In this document: positions 28,238 to 37,095 of the stretch, one piece after another
Numbering within the stretch: the stretch's first letter is position 1
How the letters are laid out: the number at the start of each line of letters is the position of its first letter
Assembly: GCA_903826635.1 (NCBI GenBank)
Contig: CAIKFI010000056.1
Location: 1 to 44,572, forward strand
Length of the DNA: 44,572 bases
Origin: an uncultured Spartobacteria bacterium
Lineage (GTDB): Bacteria; Verrucomicrobiota; Verrucomicrobiia; Chthoniobacterales; UBA6821
Direction of reading: 5' to 3'
Position numbers and translations under genes: made by a program
The notes under the pieces: generated by a model
What the model was told of the DNA's origin: nothing
Databases searched by the model: none
Seen by the model: only the letters and a program-made list of their open reading frames with translations

Positions 28238-28264
28238 CCTTCTCTGGTACCCAATAGTTATCCA

Positions 28265-28876
28265 ATGAAAAAGACACTTTTCGCCCTAACCTCCACCTTG
28301 ACCACAACCTTGACGACGACACTCTTCATGGCCCCCGGAATTGCCGGGGCCTCCTCCCCCGCAGAATCCGTTCAGGACATCCGCATCACCGTGCACACTT
28401 CCAAGGGTGACATCCATGCCACCATGTATGCCAGCAAGGCCCCGATCACGGTTGCCAACTACCTCAACCTAGCCCGCCGCGGATTTTACGACGGGATCAC
28501 CTTCCACCGGGTCATTCCTGATTTCATGATTCAGGGTGGAGATCCGACCGGCACCGGCATGGGCGGACCGGGCTATAAGTTTGCCGATGAGTTCGCTCCC
28601 GGACTCAAGCATAACCGGGGAGGTCTCTTCTCGATGGCTAATTCCGGACCAGGAACGAACGGCAGCCAATTCTTCATCACCCATGTCCCGACCCCGTGGC
28701 TCGACGGGAAGCACTCAATCTTCGGGGCGGTGGACAGCCAGAAAGATCAGGATGTCGTGAATGCGATCAAGCAAGGTGACAAGATTACCTCGATCGAGAT
28801 CATCGATTCACCCGAGGCTCTCTTCGCAGCCCAAGCCACTCAGATCGCAGCCTGGAACAAGGCGCTCGAGAAGTAA
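28265..28876 (+). CDS. Cyclophilin-type peptidyl-prolyl cis-trans isomerase, secreted/periplasmic
   Basis: N-terminal signal-like segment, then [48 protein letters not shown] and LDGKHSIFG. Confidence 0.9.
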   Translation: MKKTLFALTSTLTTTLTTTLFMAPGIAGASSPAESVQDIRITVHTSKGDIHATMYASKAPITVANYLNLARRGFYDGITFHRVIPDFMIQGGDPTGTGMGGPGYKFADEFAPGLKHNRGGLFSMANSGPGTNGSQFFITHVPTPWLDGKHSIFGAVDSQKDQDVVNAIKQGDKITSIEIIDSPEALFAAQATQIAAWNKALEK

Positions 28877-28932
28877 GACAAAAAAGAGCCTGAAGGCCGG
28901 GGTCTTTTAGACTTTCAGGAATTCAAAGAAAG

Positions 28933-28969
28933 AGGCGTTGTCTCCATGAAGGGACCAACGCCTTTTTTT
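28933..28969. terminator. Rho-independent terminator, probably bidirectional, between convergent PPIase and MBL genes
   Basis: AGGCGTTG (28933-28940) pairs with CAACGCCT (28956-28963) as an 8-bp perfect stem, followed by a T7 run (28963-28969). On the minus strand the same stem is followed by CTCTTTCTTTG. Confidence 0.75.
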
Positions 28970-28973
28970 ATTC

Positions 28974-29939
28974 CTAAAAAACCGTTGATTCCCCTTCCCT
29001 CAAAATCCTGATTTTCTCATCGATACCCTTTGACCGTGCATGACCCAAGAGGCGGTCGGGAGGTTCATCCATCGGTTCGAAGCCGAGTCGGAAGGTTCCG
29101 TAGTGCATGGGGATCATGAGTCCCGCCTTGAGAGAGGTGAAGGCCCGGAGGGCTTCCTCGGGATTCATGTGGACATCCCTGCCTGTCGGGGCGTCGTAGG
29201 CCCCGATCGGGAGTAGGGCGATGTCGATCTTGGAGCGTCCTCCGATTTCCTCAAATCCCTCGAACCAGGCACTGTCACCACAATGAAAGATGGTCCGTCC
29301 TGCATACTCGATCAGGAAGCCGCCGAATCCACGGTGCTTGTCATGGAGCATCCTCGCTCCCCAGTGATGGGCCGGGGTCAGGGTGATCTTCAAAGATCCC
29401 AGCTCCATGGACTCCCAGCGCTTGAGTTCATGGACGCGGTTAAATCCTAGACCGTGCACGAGATCACCGACGTGCTCGGGAACAACAACCGGTTGATTGG
29501 AAGCGATGGCCCTTAGGGTTTTTTTATCGAGGTGGTCAAAGTGTGCGTGACTGACGAGCACAAGATCGATCGCAGGGAGTTCATGGATCTTTAATCCCGG
29601 TTCCTTGAGACGCTTGACGACCTTGAGCCACTTGGCCCAGTTCGGATCAATCAGGATGGAGTGATCCGGAGTCTGGATCAGGAAGGAGGCATGACCGATC
29701 CAGGTGATCCCGATCTGACCGGGCAACAACTCGGGGAGCGGTGCTGAGGCCGCCGCGACTTCGCGCGGTGAGAAGAGCGAGGGGATGATTACCTCGGTGA
29801 GAAAGTTGCGCCTGTGCCACCCCTCCCCCAACTTCATGGAAACATGGTGCTCGGGCTTGGTCTTGCTTTTTACTTTGGTCCCTCCAGCCACCCGTTTTCT
29901 GATCTCCTGGGTGCCTTTGAGAAGAAGTTTTTTGACCAT
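28974..29939 (-). CDS. MBL-fold metallo-hydrolase (NAPE-PLD / Lactamase_B_3-like)
   Basis: H-x-H-x-D-H motif in LVLVSHAHFDHLD, later HCGDS and PMHYGTF. ATG at 29939 (MVKKLLLKG) is chosen because the 29990 start would overlap the divergent gene. Confidence 0.75.
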   Translation of the reverse strand: MVKKLLLKGTQEIRKRVAGGTKVKSKTKPEHHVSMKLGEGWHRRNFLTEVIIPSLFSPREVAAASAPLPELLPGQIGITWIGHASFLIQTPDHSILIDPNWAKWLKVVKRLKEPGLKIHELPAIDLVLVSHAHFDHLDKKTLRAIASNQPVVVPEHVGDLVHGLGFNRVHELKRWESMELGSLKITLTPAHHWGARMLHDKHRGFGGFLIEYAGRTIFHCGDSAWFEGFEEIGGRSKIDIALLPIGAYDAPTGRDVHMNPEEALRAFTSLKAGLMIPMHYGTFRLGFEPMDEPPDRLLGHARSKGIDEKIRILREGESTVF

Positions 29940-29969
29940 GGTGTCACCTAAAGTGTTTATACAAGGTGT

Positions 29970-30563
29970 ATGATTCAGGCCGAAAAGCAAAGGTTGCGTG
30001 AGAAAATCAGAATACTGTCCCTTGGGTCTCCTGCGGTGAACTCGAAGTCATTGACCACACTGATCATGGCTCTCGATGCATGGAATCAATCACGGAACAT
30101 CCTGATGTATTCTCCGTTGCCCGGTGAGCCCGACCTAATGGTGCTGGCCGAAGAGCAGGCCGGATGCGGTAGAAACTTTTTCTTCCCAAGAATCGAGGGG
30201 AACGAGATCGCGGTTTACCGCCGACTCGCGGGAAGTCGTTGGATTTCGGGTCCCTTCGGGCTGAGTGAGCCTGATCCCGGATCTTGGAAAGCGGCTTCGA
30301 TAGCTGAGATCGACATGGTCCTTGTTCCCGGAGTTGCCTTTGACACATCGGGGCGACGACTCGGTCGAGGAAAGGGATTTTATGACCGCCTGCTTGGGCA
30401 TCCTGCGTTTAGGGGCCTTAAGATCGGCGTCGCCTGGCCCTGGCAGATTGTGGAATCAGTCCCGATGGAATCACACGATATCAGCATGGATCTTATCATG
30501 GCAGAGAGAGAGGCCCACATTCCCACAGGGAGCAGGTTGGACAAGTCGGGAGAAAGAGAGTAA
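29970..30563 (+). CDS. 5-formyltetrahydrofolate cyclo-ligase
   Basis: QAEKQRLREKI N-terminus, LVPGVAFDTSGRRLGRGKGFYDRLL signature; ~197 aa. Confidence 0.8.
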   Translation: MIQAEKQRLREKIRILSLGSPAVNSKSLTTLIMALDAWNQSRNILMYSPLPGEPDLMVLAEEQAGCGRNFFFPRIEGNEIAVYRRLAGSRWISGPFGLSEPDPGSWKAASIAEIDMVLVPGVAFDTSGRRLGRGKGFYDRLLGHPAFRGLKIGVAWPWQIVESVPMESHDISMDLIMAEREAHIPTGSRLDKSGERE

Positions 30564-30578
30564 TTCCAGTGAATCCCC

Positions 30579-31853
30579 ATGGCCTATACCGATAACAATT
30601 CCCCCACCCGCTTTCAGAAACAGCTCTGCTGGTCAGCCCTGACGGCTCTCGCAGGGTTGGCCATCGTGGCCGTCATCATCCTTGTAGGATGGTGCGTGGT
30701 CTCGGCCTGCGGTTATCTCAAGCCTGTGCTCACGCCGATCGCCATCGCCGCTGTCCTGGCTTATCTGCTGACACCGGTCGTGGGACTGCTCTGCCACTGG
30801 CACTTCCGTCGCACCTGGGCCGTGATTCTGGTCTTTGCGCTGTTCACTGCGGGCTTGGTACTGATCGGCATCACGATCGCCCCGGCGCTTGAGCATCAGG
30901 GAAGCATCTTCGCAAGCAAACTTCCCGCCTACAGCCAAAGCATCTCGTCACTCGCCAAACAATCAGCGTCGGAACTACAGAGACTGGCTGCCCTCCGAGC
31001 ATCGTCGCCGGCACACAGTTCCCCGTTGCAGGAACTCACACCCGAGAGCATTAAACTCTACGGTATTGAACTCGCAAACAACAGCATCGCTTGGTTTCAG
31101 GAAAAGCTCCCCTCCATCGCCTCGGCCTCAGGATCCTTCCTGCAGAAGAGCATCGGGGGGGTCTTCGGCATCCTCGGTTTCCTGCTTAGCCTCATCCTTG
31201 TCCCGGTCTTCCTTTTTTTCTTTCTTCTTGAGTCTCCAAAGATTGGCTCCAACTGGAGCCGATATCTCCCCCTCAGATCATCACCCCTTAAGGAGGAGAT
31301 TGTCTCCCTCTTCAATGAAATCAATGACTACCTGATCCATTTCTTCCGAGGACAACTTCTGGTAAGCCTGATCGACGGGGCCATCGTGGGCATCTCACTC
31401 TTTATCTTTGTACGGCTCGATTTCTCCTTCCTGATCGGCCTCATGGTCGGGATTCTCTGCCTGATCCCCTATCTGGGTATGGTGCTCTGCCTTGTACCGG
31501 CTCTCCTCATTGCCCTCGCCCAGTATGGGGACCTCATCCATCCCATCTGGGTTCTGGTTATCTTCGTAATCGCCCATAATCTCGACGGGATTTTCATCTC
31601 TCCCAAGATCATCGGTAACTCCGTCGGACTCCATCCGATGACAATCATCATCTCGGTCTTTGCCTGGACAATCCTGCTTGGCGGACTGCTCGGCGCCCTG
31701 CTGGCAGTTCCTCTCACTGCCACCCTGAAGGTCCTCCTGCGCCGTTACTTCTGGGACAGACCGGTCAAACCGGAAGTCCAACAGACGCTCCAGATCGATG
31801 AGGACGTGAAGCGCAAGACGACTTCGGTGACTGTGGAGTTACCCTTGGATTAA
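30579..31853 (+). CDS. AI-2E family (PerM/UPF0118) transporter
   Basis: About 8 TM segments with the typical C-terminal block IPYLGMVLCLVPALLIAL ... ISPKIIGNSVGLHPMTIIISVFAWTILLGGLLGALLAVPLTATLKV. Confidence 0.8.
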   Translation: MAYTDNNSPTRFQKQLCWSALTALAGLAIVAVIILVGWCVVSACGYLKPVLTPIAIAAVLAYLLTPVVGLLCHWHFRRTWAVILVFALFTAGLVLIGITIAPALEHQGSIFASKLPAYSQSISSLAKQSASELQRLAALRASSPAHSSPLQELTPESIKLYGIELANNSIAWFQEKLPSIASASGSFLQKSIGGVFGILGFLLSLILVPVFLFFFLLESPKIGSNWSRYLPLRSSPLKEEIVSLFNEINDYLIHFFRGQLLVSLIDGAIVGISLFIFVRLDFSFLIGLMVGILCLIPYLGMVLCLVPALLIALAQYGDLIHPIWVLVIFVIAHNLDGIFISPKIIGNSVGLHPMTIIISVFAWTILLGGLLGALLAVPLTATLKVLLRRYFWDRPVKPEVQQTLQIDEDVKRKTTSVTVELPLD

Positions 31854-31883
31854 AATCAAAGGGCCTCAAAAGCCCCCCAAAAA

Positions 31884-33608
31884 ATGAGAATATCCCCTCC
31901 GATTCTCCTGCTCCTGCTTGCTGGTTTGGTTTCCCTCCATGGGGAAAAAACTTCATCAACAAACTCCCCCGACCAGAAGGGAGCGACTCTCCCCAGTCCT
32001 TCTCGACCACCAGCCAAGGCCAAGGCATTCAATCCGATCATCCCGGGATTCCATCCGGATCCCTCGATATGCCGGGTTGGCGATGACTACTACCTCGCCA
32101 CATCAAGTTTCGAATACTTCCCGGGGGTTCCGATTTATCAGAGCAGGGATCTGATCCATTGGAACCCTATCGGCCACGCTCTAGATCGCAGGGATCAACT
32201 CGATCTTAATCGAGCCCGATGTGACGGCGGAATCTACGCCCCCACACTTCGCTTCCATGACGGCACTTTTTATATGGTCACGACATTAACTTCGCCAGTT
32301 ACGGGAGCAACAAACCAGAAGGGTGACTTTATTGTCACCGCAACCAACCCTTCCGGTCCCTGGTCTCTCCCTCACTGGATTGATCAAGCAAAGGGAATCG
32401 ATCCCTCCCTGTTTTTTGACGATGACGGGAGCGTCTATATGTGCGGAAACGTCAAACCGGAAAAACTTTTGAATGAAAAACACCGTGTTATTTGGATCCA
32501 AAAACTCAATCTGAAGACGTGGCAACTTGAAGGACCGCAAGGAATCCTTGATTCAGCCCCCTATTTCAGCACCGGAAAGCTCGGGTCAGTCAGCAACTTT
32601 GAGGGGCCGCACCTCTATAAAAAAGGGGGCATCTATTATCTACTGCTTTCCCACGGAGGCACCGGAAAGAATCATGCCGTCTCGATTTGGAGGAGTTCCA
32701 GCCCGCTCGGGCCTTGGGAAGAGAATCCCTCAAACCCAATCCTCACGCAAAGGATGGAGATAAAGGACCGCACTCCAGGCATCACATGCACCGGGCATGC
32801 TGATCTCGTTCAGGGAACTGATGGACGATGGTGGATGGTCTTCCTAGGTGTGCGCGGGGAAGATGGTAAAAGCCCGATGGGACGCGAGACCTTTCTTGAG
32901 CCTGTCGATTGGTCGGGCCAATGGCCAATTGTGAACCCCTCCCACCCCGGACGTACTGACTTCATGATCGATTCGCCGGATCCCAGCAACACCAATCCAG
33001 TGACTGGGAAATTCCGTACAGACTTCCAGGATCGATTGCTCTCTCCAGAATGGAGCATGATCCGCACCCCAAATTCCACGTGGTGGAGCTTTCCAAAAAA
33101 GGGGGGAGGTATCTCACTTCAACTACGTCCTGATGAGATTTCCGGAACAAACCAACCCTCTTTTCTGGGAATCAGAATTACGGAACCGGATTGCACGACC
33201 TCAACGAGCCTTAGCATCACACCAACTTCCCCTGGGGAATGTGCAGGCCTCGCCATCGAACGATCTTCGGTCGCCTGCTGGACGCTGGTGGTTGAGAATC
33301 CGGGAAATAGCTCCCAAGTCTCCGTTTATGAGGGAACCAATCGGCTTGCTTCACATACAATCAAACCCGATTCGAGCACGGAACTCCGGATCTCAATGAT
33401 GTTTCCGAAATTGAACTTCGCCTTTAAACAGGGCAGCGGAGATTGGAAAACGATCGCTACCTCCGATGCACCAGCCATCGCCACTGCTCCTCCCGGGCAC
33501 TTCACCGGTGCCATGATCGGCCTCTATGCCTCCTCACGGGGGAAGCAATCTGATCAAAAAGCCATCTTTGCCCACTTCGAGTATGAACCTGCCACAAGCA
33601 GGCCTTGA
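31884..33608 (+). CDS. Glycoside hydrolase family 43 (beta-xylosidase/alpha-L-arabinofuranosidase type) with C-terminal beta-sandwich domain, secreted
   Basis: Signal peptide MRISPPILLLLLAGLVSLHG, then NPIIPGFHPDPSICRVGDDYYLATSSFEYFPGVPIYQSRDLIHWNPIGHAL, DPSLFFDDDG and FEGPHLYKKGGIYYLL. Confidence 0.85.
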   Translation: MRISPPILLLLLAGLVSLHGEKTSSTNSPDQKGATLPSPSRPPAKAKAFNPIIPGFHPDPSICRVGDDYYLATSSFEYFPGVPIYQSRDLIHWNPIGHALDRRDQLDLNRARCDGGIYAPTLRFHDGTFYMVTTLTSPVTGATNQKGDFIVTATNPSGPWSLPHWIDQAKGIDPSLFFDDDGSVYMCGNVKPEKLLNEKHRVIWIQKLNLKTWQLEGPQGILDSAPYFSTGKLGSVSNFEGPHLYKKGGIYYLLLSHGGTGKNHAVSIWRSSSPLGPWEENPSNPILTQRMEIKDRTPGITCTGHADLVQGTDGRWWMVFLGVRGEDGKSPMGRETFLEPVDWSGQWPIVNPSHPGRTDFMIDSPDPSNTNPVTGKFRTDFQDRLLSPEWSMIRTPNSTWWSFPKKGGGISLQLRPDEISGTNQPSFLGIRITEPDCTTSTSLSITPTSPGECAGLAIERSSVACWTLVVENPGNSSQVSVYEGTNRLASHTIKPDSSTELRISMMFPKLNFAFKQGSGDWKTIATSDAPAIATAPPGHFTGAMIGLYASSRGKQSDQKAIFAHFEYEPATSRP

Positions 33609-33669
33609 AAGACGTTCAGGTTTGTCTTTCGTATCGATGAAGTGTCTTCACCATGAAATCATCCAAAGG

Positions 33670-34635
33670 ATGAAAAAAATTTCCCCCAAGCTTTGGCTTC
33701 CTGTGCTCGCATGTCTCCTTTCAGCCAATCTTTTGGCTGAGGATAATACGATCAGCCAGAAAGAGCAGGATTGGTTCGCCAATCCACCCGCCACCGTGGA
33801 AACCCGTGGTGATGTGCCCTATCTCAAACCGGCAAGGGCTGAAAAACTCGATCTCTACCTTCCAAAAAACAGACCGCTCGGAATCCTGTCACCTGCCGTG
33901 ATCCTCATCCACGGGGGAGCATGGACCAAAGGAGACAAGCGTCAGGCCCGTGAAATCGAGATCGGCACGACCCTCGCAGAGAATGGTTTCGTGGCGGCAA
34001 GCGTGAACTACGACCTAACCCCGAACGGCAAATACCCTGCCAATCTTAAGGATTGCAAGAATGCCGTCCGGTTCCTTCGGACGAATTCCAAGATGTATGG
34101 GGTTGATCCGGACAAGATCGCCGTGCTGGGCGGGTCTGCGGGAGGGCATCTGGCCCTGATGGTTGGATACACTGGTGACGATCCCTCACTTGCTCCACAG
34201 AACCCCTATCCGGGAGTCTCCGACAAGGTGGGCGCCGTGGTCGACATGTATGGCGTCAGCGATATTCCCAATCGGAAGAAAACCGATGCCGAGGGAACCC
34301 CCGGTGAACTGATCGGAATCAATGAACTCATCCAACTCATGTTTGGCGACGCCGAGGCCGCAAAAGTAGCCTCCCCCATCAATCATATCTCCTCGCAGAC
34401 TCCTCCTACCATCATCCTGCAAGGCAAGAAGGATAAGTCTGTCGATCGGGACCAATCGATTAGCCTTCACGAATCCCTTCAAAAAGCAGGAGTCCAAACG
34501 CAAATCATACTTCTTGAGAAGGCGGGGCACTCCTTCTCCTTCAAGTATGCCAACGCGAAGAATAAAAAACCTTTGGAACGTGATAACGGATCAGATGTCA
34601 TCGCTTTCCTGAAAAAGGCTCTTGGAGTGATTTAA
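33670..34635 (+). CDS. Secreted alpha/beta-hydrolase (carbohydrate esterase / lipase-type)
   Basis: ATG at 33670 gives the signal peptide MKKISPKLWLPVLACLLSANLLA. Oxyanion HGGAW and nucleophile elbow GGSAGGHLA are present, with a late Asp/His region (QGKKDKSVD ... AGHSF). ATG 33637 is an alternative start. Confidence 0.75.
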   Translation: MKKISPKLWLPVLACLLSANLLAEDNTISQKEQDWFANPPATVETRGDVPYLKPARAEKLDLYLPKNRPLGILSPAVILIHGGAWTKGDKRQAREIEIGTTLAENGFVAASVNYDLTPNGKYPANLKDCKNAVRFLRTNSKMYGVDPDKIAVLGGSAGGHLALMVGYTGDDPSLAPQNPYPGVSDKVGAVVDMYGVSDIPNRKKTDAEGTPGELIGINELIQLMFGDAEAAKVASPINHISSQTPPTIILQGKKDKSVDRDQSISLHESLQKAGVQTQIILLEKAGHSFSFKYANAKNKKPLERDNGSDVIAFLKKALGVI

Positions 34636-34741
34636 GGGTCTCTTCCTAGTAACTTTTTCCCTTTCCTCCCTGAAATTTTCCTTACTCCCAAAGCAGTAGC
34701 AACATTGCGGTTTTAACGCTTCTTTTCCTTCCCACTCCCCC

Positions 34742-35986
34742 ATGCAAAAACTCCTGATCTCCGCCCTCTCGCTTCTGCTTGCCCTCGGGGCTCCGATCGC
34801 GAAAGCCGAACTCGCACCAACAACTTCCGATTCAGGAAAACTCTATCTCTTCCAATCCGGACGCCTCGACTGCCTCGAGAAAGTAGTCACTGAAAAGGAC
34901 TTCCAGAGTGCCGAGGGGAAATTAGCACAAGGGATTCTTCATGAGGCTGATCGGGCCCTGACTCGGCCATCCTTCACCATCGTTAATAATAAGTTAAAGC
35001 GCTCCATGGGCGCTCCAAATCCCCATGACTACTTCAGCACGGCCCCTTACTACTGGCCTGATCCCAAAAAACCGAACGGACTTCCCTATATCCGCAGGGA
35101 TGGTGAACACAACCCGTCACGCAAGTTGTTCTCCGATGATCGACAACTGACGGGGATGATTGAAGCCGTTGTAAATCTCTCCCTCGCCTACCGCATCACG
35201 GGCGATGAAAAGTACGCTTCCTCCGCAACATGCTTTCTCAGGACTTTCTTCCTGGATCCGAAGACAAGGATGAACCCAAACATGAACCACTCCCAGGCAA
35301 TCCCGGGAGTAAACACGGGGCGCGGCATCGGAATCATCGATACGCTCGGCTTCCATGAACTCACTGATTCCATCACCCTCCTCTCTTCGAGTAGTGCATG
35401 GGATGCCAAGGACAGCTCCGGAATGCAGCAATGGTTCTGTCAATACGCGCACTGGATGGTGACCAGCAAGAACGGGAAAGATGAAAGGTCATGGCCTAAC
35501 AATCATGGTGTCACCTATGACCTGCAGCTTGTCTCCGTGCTGATAGCTTCGGGTAACCTCAAGGAGGCGACCAAAATCCTCGCAACGTCACTCCCTGCCC
35601 GCATGGACTCACAAATCCGTGCCGACGGGCAGATGCCACTGGAGGAGGAGCGCAGGACCAGTTGGCACTACTGCTCCATGAACCTCAAATACCTCTGCAG
35701 GAATGCCCTTGTCGCTCAAAACCTTGGTATCAACCTCTGGAACCATGTGGCTCCCAACGGCACCGGAAGCATCAAGCAGGCAATGCTCTTTCTGATCCCT
35801 TTCATCGATCACCGAGAGAAATGGAAGTTTACGGAAATCTCCAGCTTCACAAGCAAGGAAACGGCCTCATGGCTAAGCATCGGCGCTAACGTCTACAACA
35901 ATGCTATCATTAAGGAGGCCCAGCGGGTCTATGCTCCGATGAATAGCCTGACCGCTCGCGAATGGATCGTTATTCCTCTGAAATAG
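34742..35986 (+). CDS. Secreted alginate-lyase-family (PF05426-type) polysaccharide lyase-like protein
   Basis: Signal peptide MQKLLISALSLLLALGAPIAKA. APYYWPDPKKPNGLPYIRRDGEHNP and WPNNHGVTYD resemble the alginate lyase family motifs as I recall them. The substrate is unknown. Confidence 0.6.
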   Translation: MQKLLISALSLLLALGAPIAKAELAPTTSDSGKLYLFQSGRLDCLEKVVTEKDFQSAEGKLAQGILHEADRALTRPSFTIVNNKLKRSMGAPNPHDYFSTAPYYWPDPKKPNGLPYIRRDGEHNPSRKLFSDDRQLTGMIEAVVNLSLAYRITGDEKYASSATCFLRTFFLDPKTRMNPNMNHSQAIPGVNTGRGIGIIDTLGFHELTDSITLLSSSSAWDAKDSSGMQQWFCQYAHWMVTSKNGKDERSWPNNHGVTYDLQLVSVLIASGNLKEATKILATSLPARMDSQIRADGQMPLEEERRTSWHYCSMNLKYLCRNALVAQNLGINLWNHVAPNGTGSIKQAMLFLIPFIDHREKWKFTEISSFTSKETASWLSIGANVYNNAIIKEAQRVYAPMNSLTAREWIVIPLK

Positions 35987-35998
35987 AACCCACCTAAG

Positions 35999-36015
35999 TC
36001 GGGAGATCGTCCCGA
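35999..36015. terminator. Hairpin between convergent genes (possible terminator, no U-tract)
   Basis: TCGGGA gatcg TCCCGA, a perfect 6-bp stem, 12 nt after the lyase stop and 13 nt from the cbpA-like stop. Confidence 0.3.
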
Positions 36016-36028
36016 TACTTCAAGTCCT

Positions 36029-36997
36029 TTACCCTAGCGCGGCCAACTGCTCCCAGAGTGCCTTCTGCTCCGGAGACAGGCTCTCCGGAATCGCGATCTC
36101 GACGACAGCGTAGAAATCACCACGAGAACCGTTCTTTTCCGGCAGACCACGTCCGGGGATGCGGAACTTGCGCCCGTTCTGGGTACCGGCAGGCATCTTG
36201 ATCTTGGCCCGCCCGTCAGGGGTCGGGATGGTAAGTTCGCCGCCCAAGACAGCCTGCCACGCCGGGACATCGACCTCGTGGAGAATATCGGCTCCGTCGA
36301 AGGAAAAGTCAGGGTGCTGCTGGAGCTTCACACGGAGGTAAAGATCCCCCGCCTCTCCGCGCTTCTCTCCCTCACCCCCTTGACCCGCAAGACGAATTCG
36401 TTGCCCCTCACGGACTCCCTTCGGGATCTTGACCGTGTAGGTCTGGGTTTGAGGGGAGTTGCCTTTGCGAAAGGAGATCTGGCGTGTCGCCCCTTGGAGC
36501 ACCTCCTCAAGAGTCACCAGAATATCGGCCTCGACATCCCTCCCTCGCTGCGGAGTCTCCTCAAAATCAACCCCGCCGCCACCGCCGCTGTAACCTCGAC
36601 CACGTCGTGTGCCGAAGAACTGCTCGAAGAAGTCACTGTAACCGGTCCCTCCGAAATGAAAGTCTGAGGCATCTCCACCCCCATAACCAGCACCTCCACC
36701 CATGCCGGAACCGAAGGGACTTGCCCCACCATTGCCACCCGATCGGAATCCATTACCGGCACCGGCATTCTGCCAATTGGATCCGTACTCGTCGTATTTC
36801 TTACGCTTCTCGGGATCGCTCAGGACCTCATAGGCTTCGTTGATCTCTTTGAATTTTTCCTCAGCGGCTTTCTTGTCCTTTGCAAGATCGGGATGATGCT
36901 TCCGGGCAAGCTTGCGAAAGGCACTCTTAATCTCGTCGGCTGATCCTGTCTTCGAAACTCCTAGGGTCTCGTAATAGTCTCGGAACTGGGCTGGCAT
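36029..36997 (-). CDS. cbpA: DnaJ-class co-chaperone without zinc-finger domain (CbpA-like curved-DNA-binding protein)
   Basis: J domain with HPD ([32 protein letters not shown]), a Gly/Phe-rich linker and C-terminal substrate-binding domains. There are no CxxCxGxG repeats. Confidence 0.8.
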   Translation of the reverse strand: MPAQFRDYYETLGVSKTGSADEIKSAFRKLARKHHPDLAKDKKAAEEKFKEINEAYEVLSDPEKRKKYDEYGSNWQNAGAGNGFRSGGNGGASPFGSGMGGGAGYGGGDASDFHFGGTGYSDFFEQFFGTRRGRGYSGGGGGVDFEETPQRGRDVEADILVTLEEVLQGATRQISFRKGNSPQTQTYTVKIPKGVREGQRIRLAGQGGEGEKRGEAGDLYLRVKLQQHPDFSFDGADILHEVDVPAWQAVLGGELTIPTPDGRAKIKMPAGTQNGRKFRIPGRGLPEKNGSRGDFYAVVEIAIPESLSPEQKALWEQLAALG

Positions 36998-37060
36998 AAT
37001 CGTTTGAATCTACTGGTTACAGGCCAAAAGTGAAATGCGGAAAAGGGAAAGATTTTAGCC

Positions 37061-37095
37061 TTCAGCCTTTACCCTGAAGCCTTTAATATTTCTCC
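37061..37095 (+). promoter_or_regulatory. Candidate promoter abutting the serS start codon (leaderless-type geometry)
   Basis: TTCAGC (37061-37066), 17-nt spacer, TAATAT (37084-37089), 6 nt, then ATG at 37096. Sequence pattern only. Confidence 0.35.

Noticed and set aside
29940-29969. 6S RNA (ssrS) upstream of the 5-formyl-THF cyclo-ligase gene, as in the E. coli ssrS-ygfA arrangement.
   Set aside because: Only about 30 bp separate the cyclo-ligase start from the divergent MBL gene, which leaves no room for a ~180-nt RNA.
36998-37095. T-box or other leader riboswitch upstream of serS; the leuS and proS leaders were also checked.
   Set aside because: The upstream regions are 98, 22 and about 190 nt, with no specifier or T-box-like conserved sequence or terminator/antiterminator pair. 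The only structure upstream of serS is a 6-bp hairpin, CTTCAG..CTGAAG, at 37060-37079.
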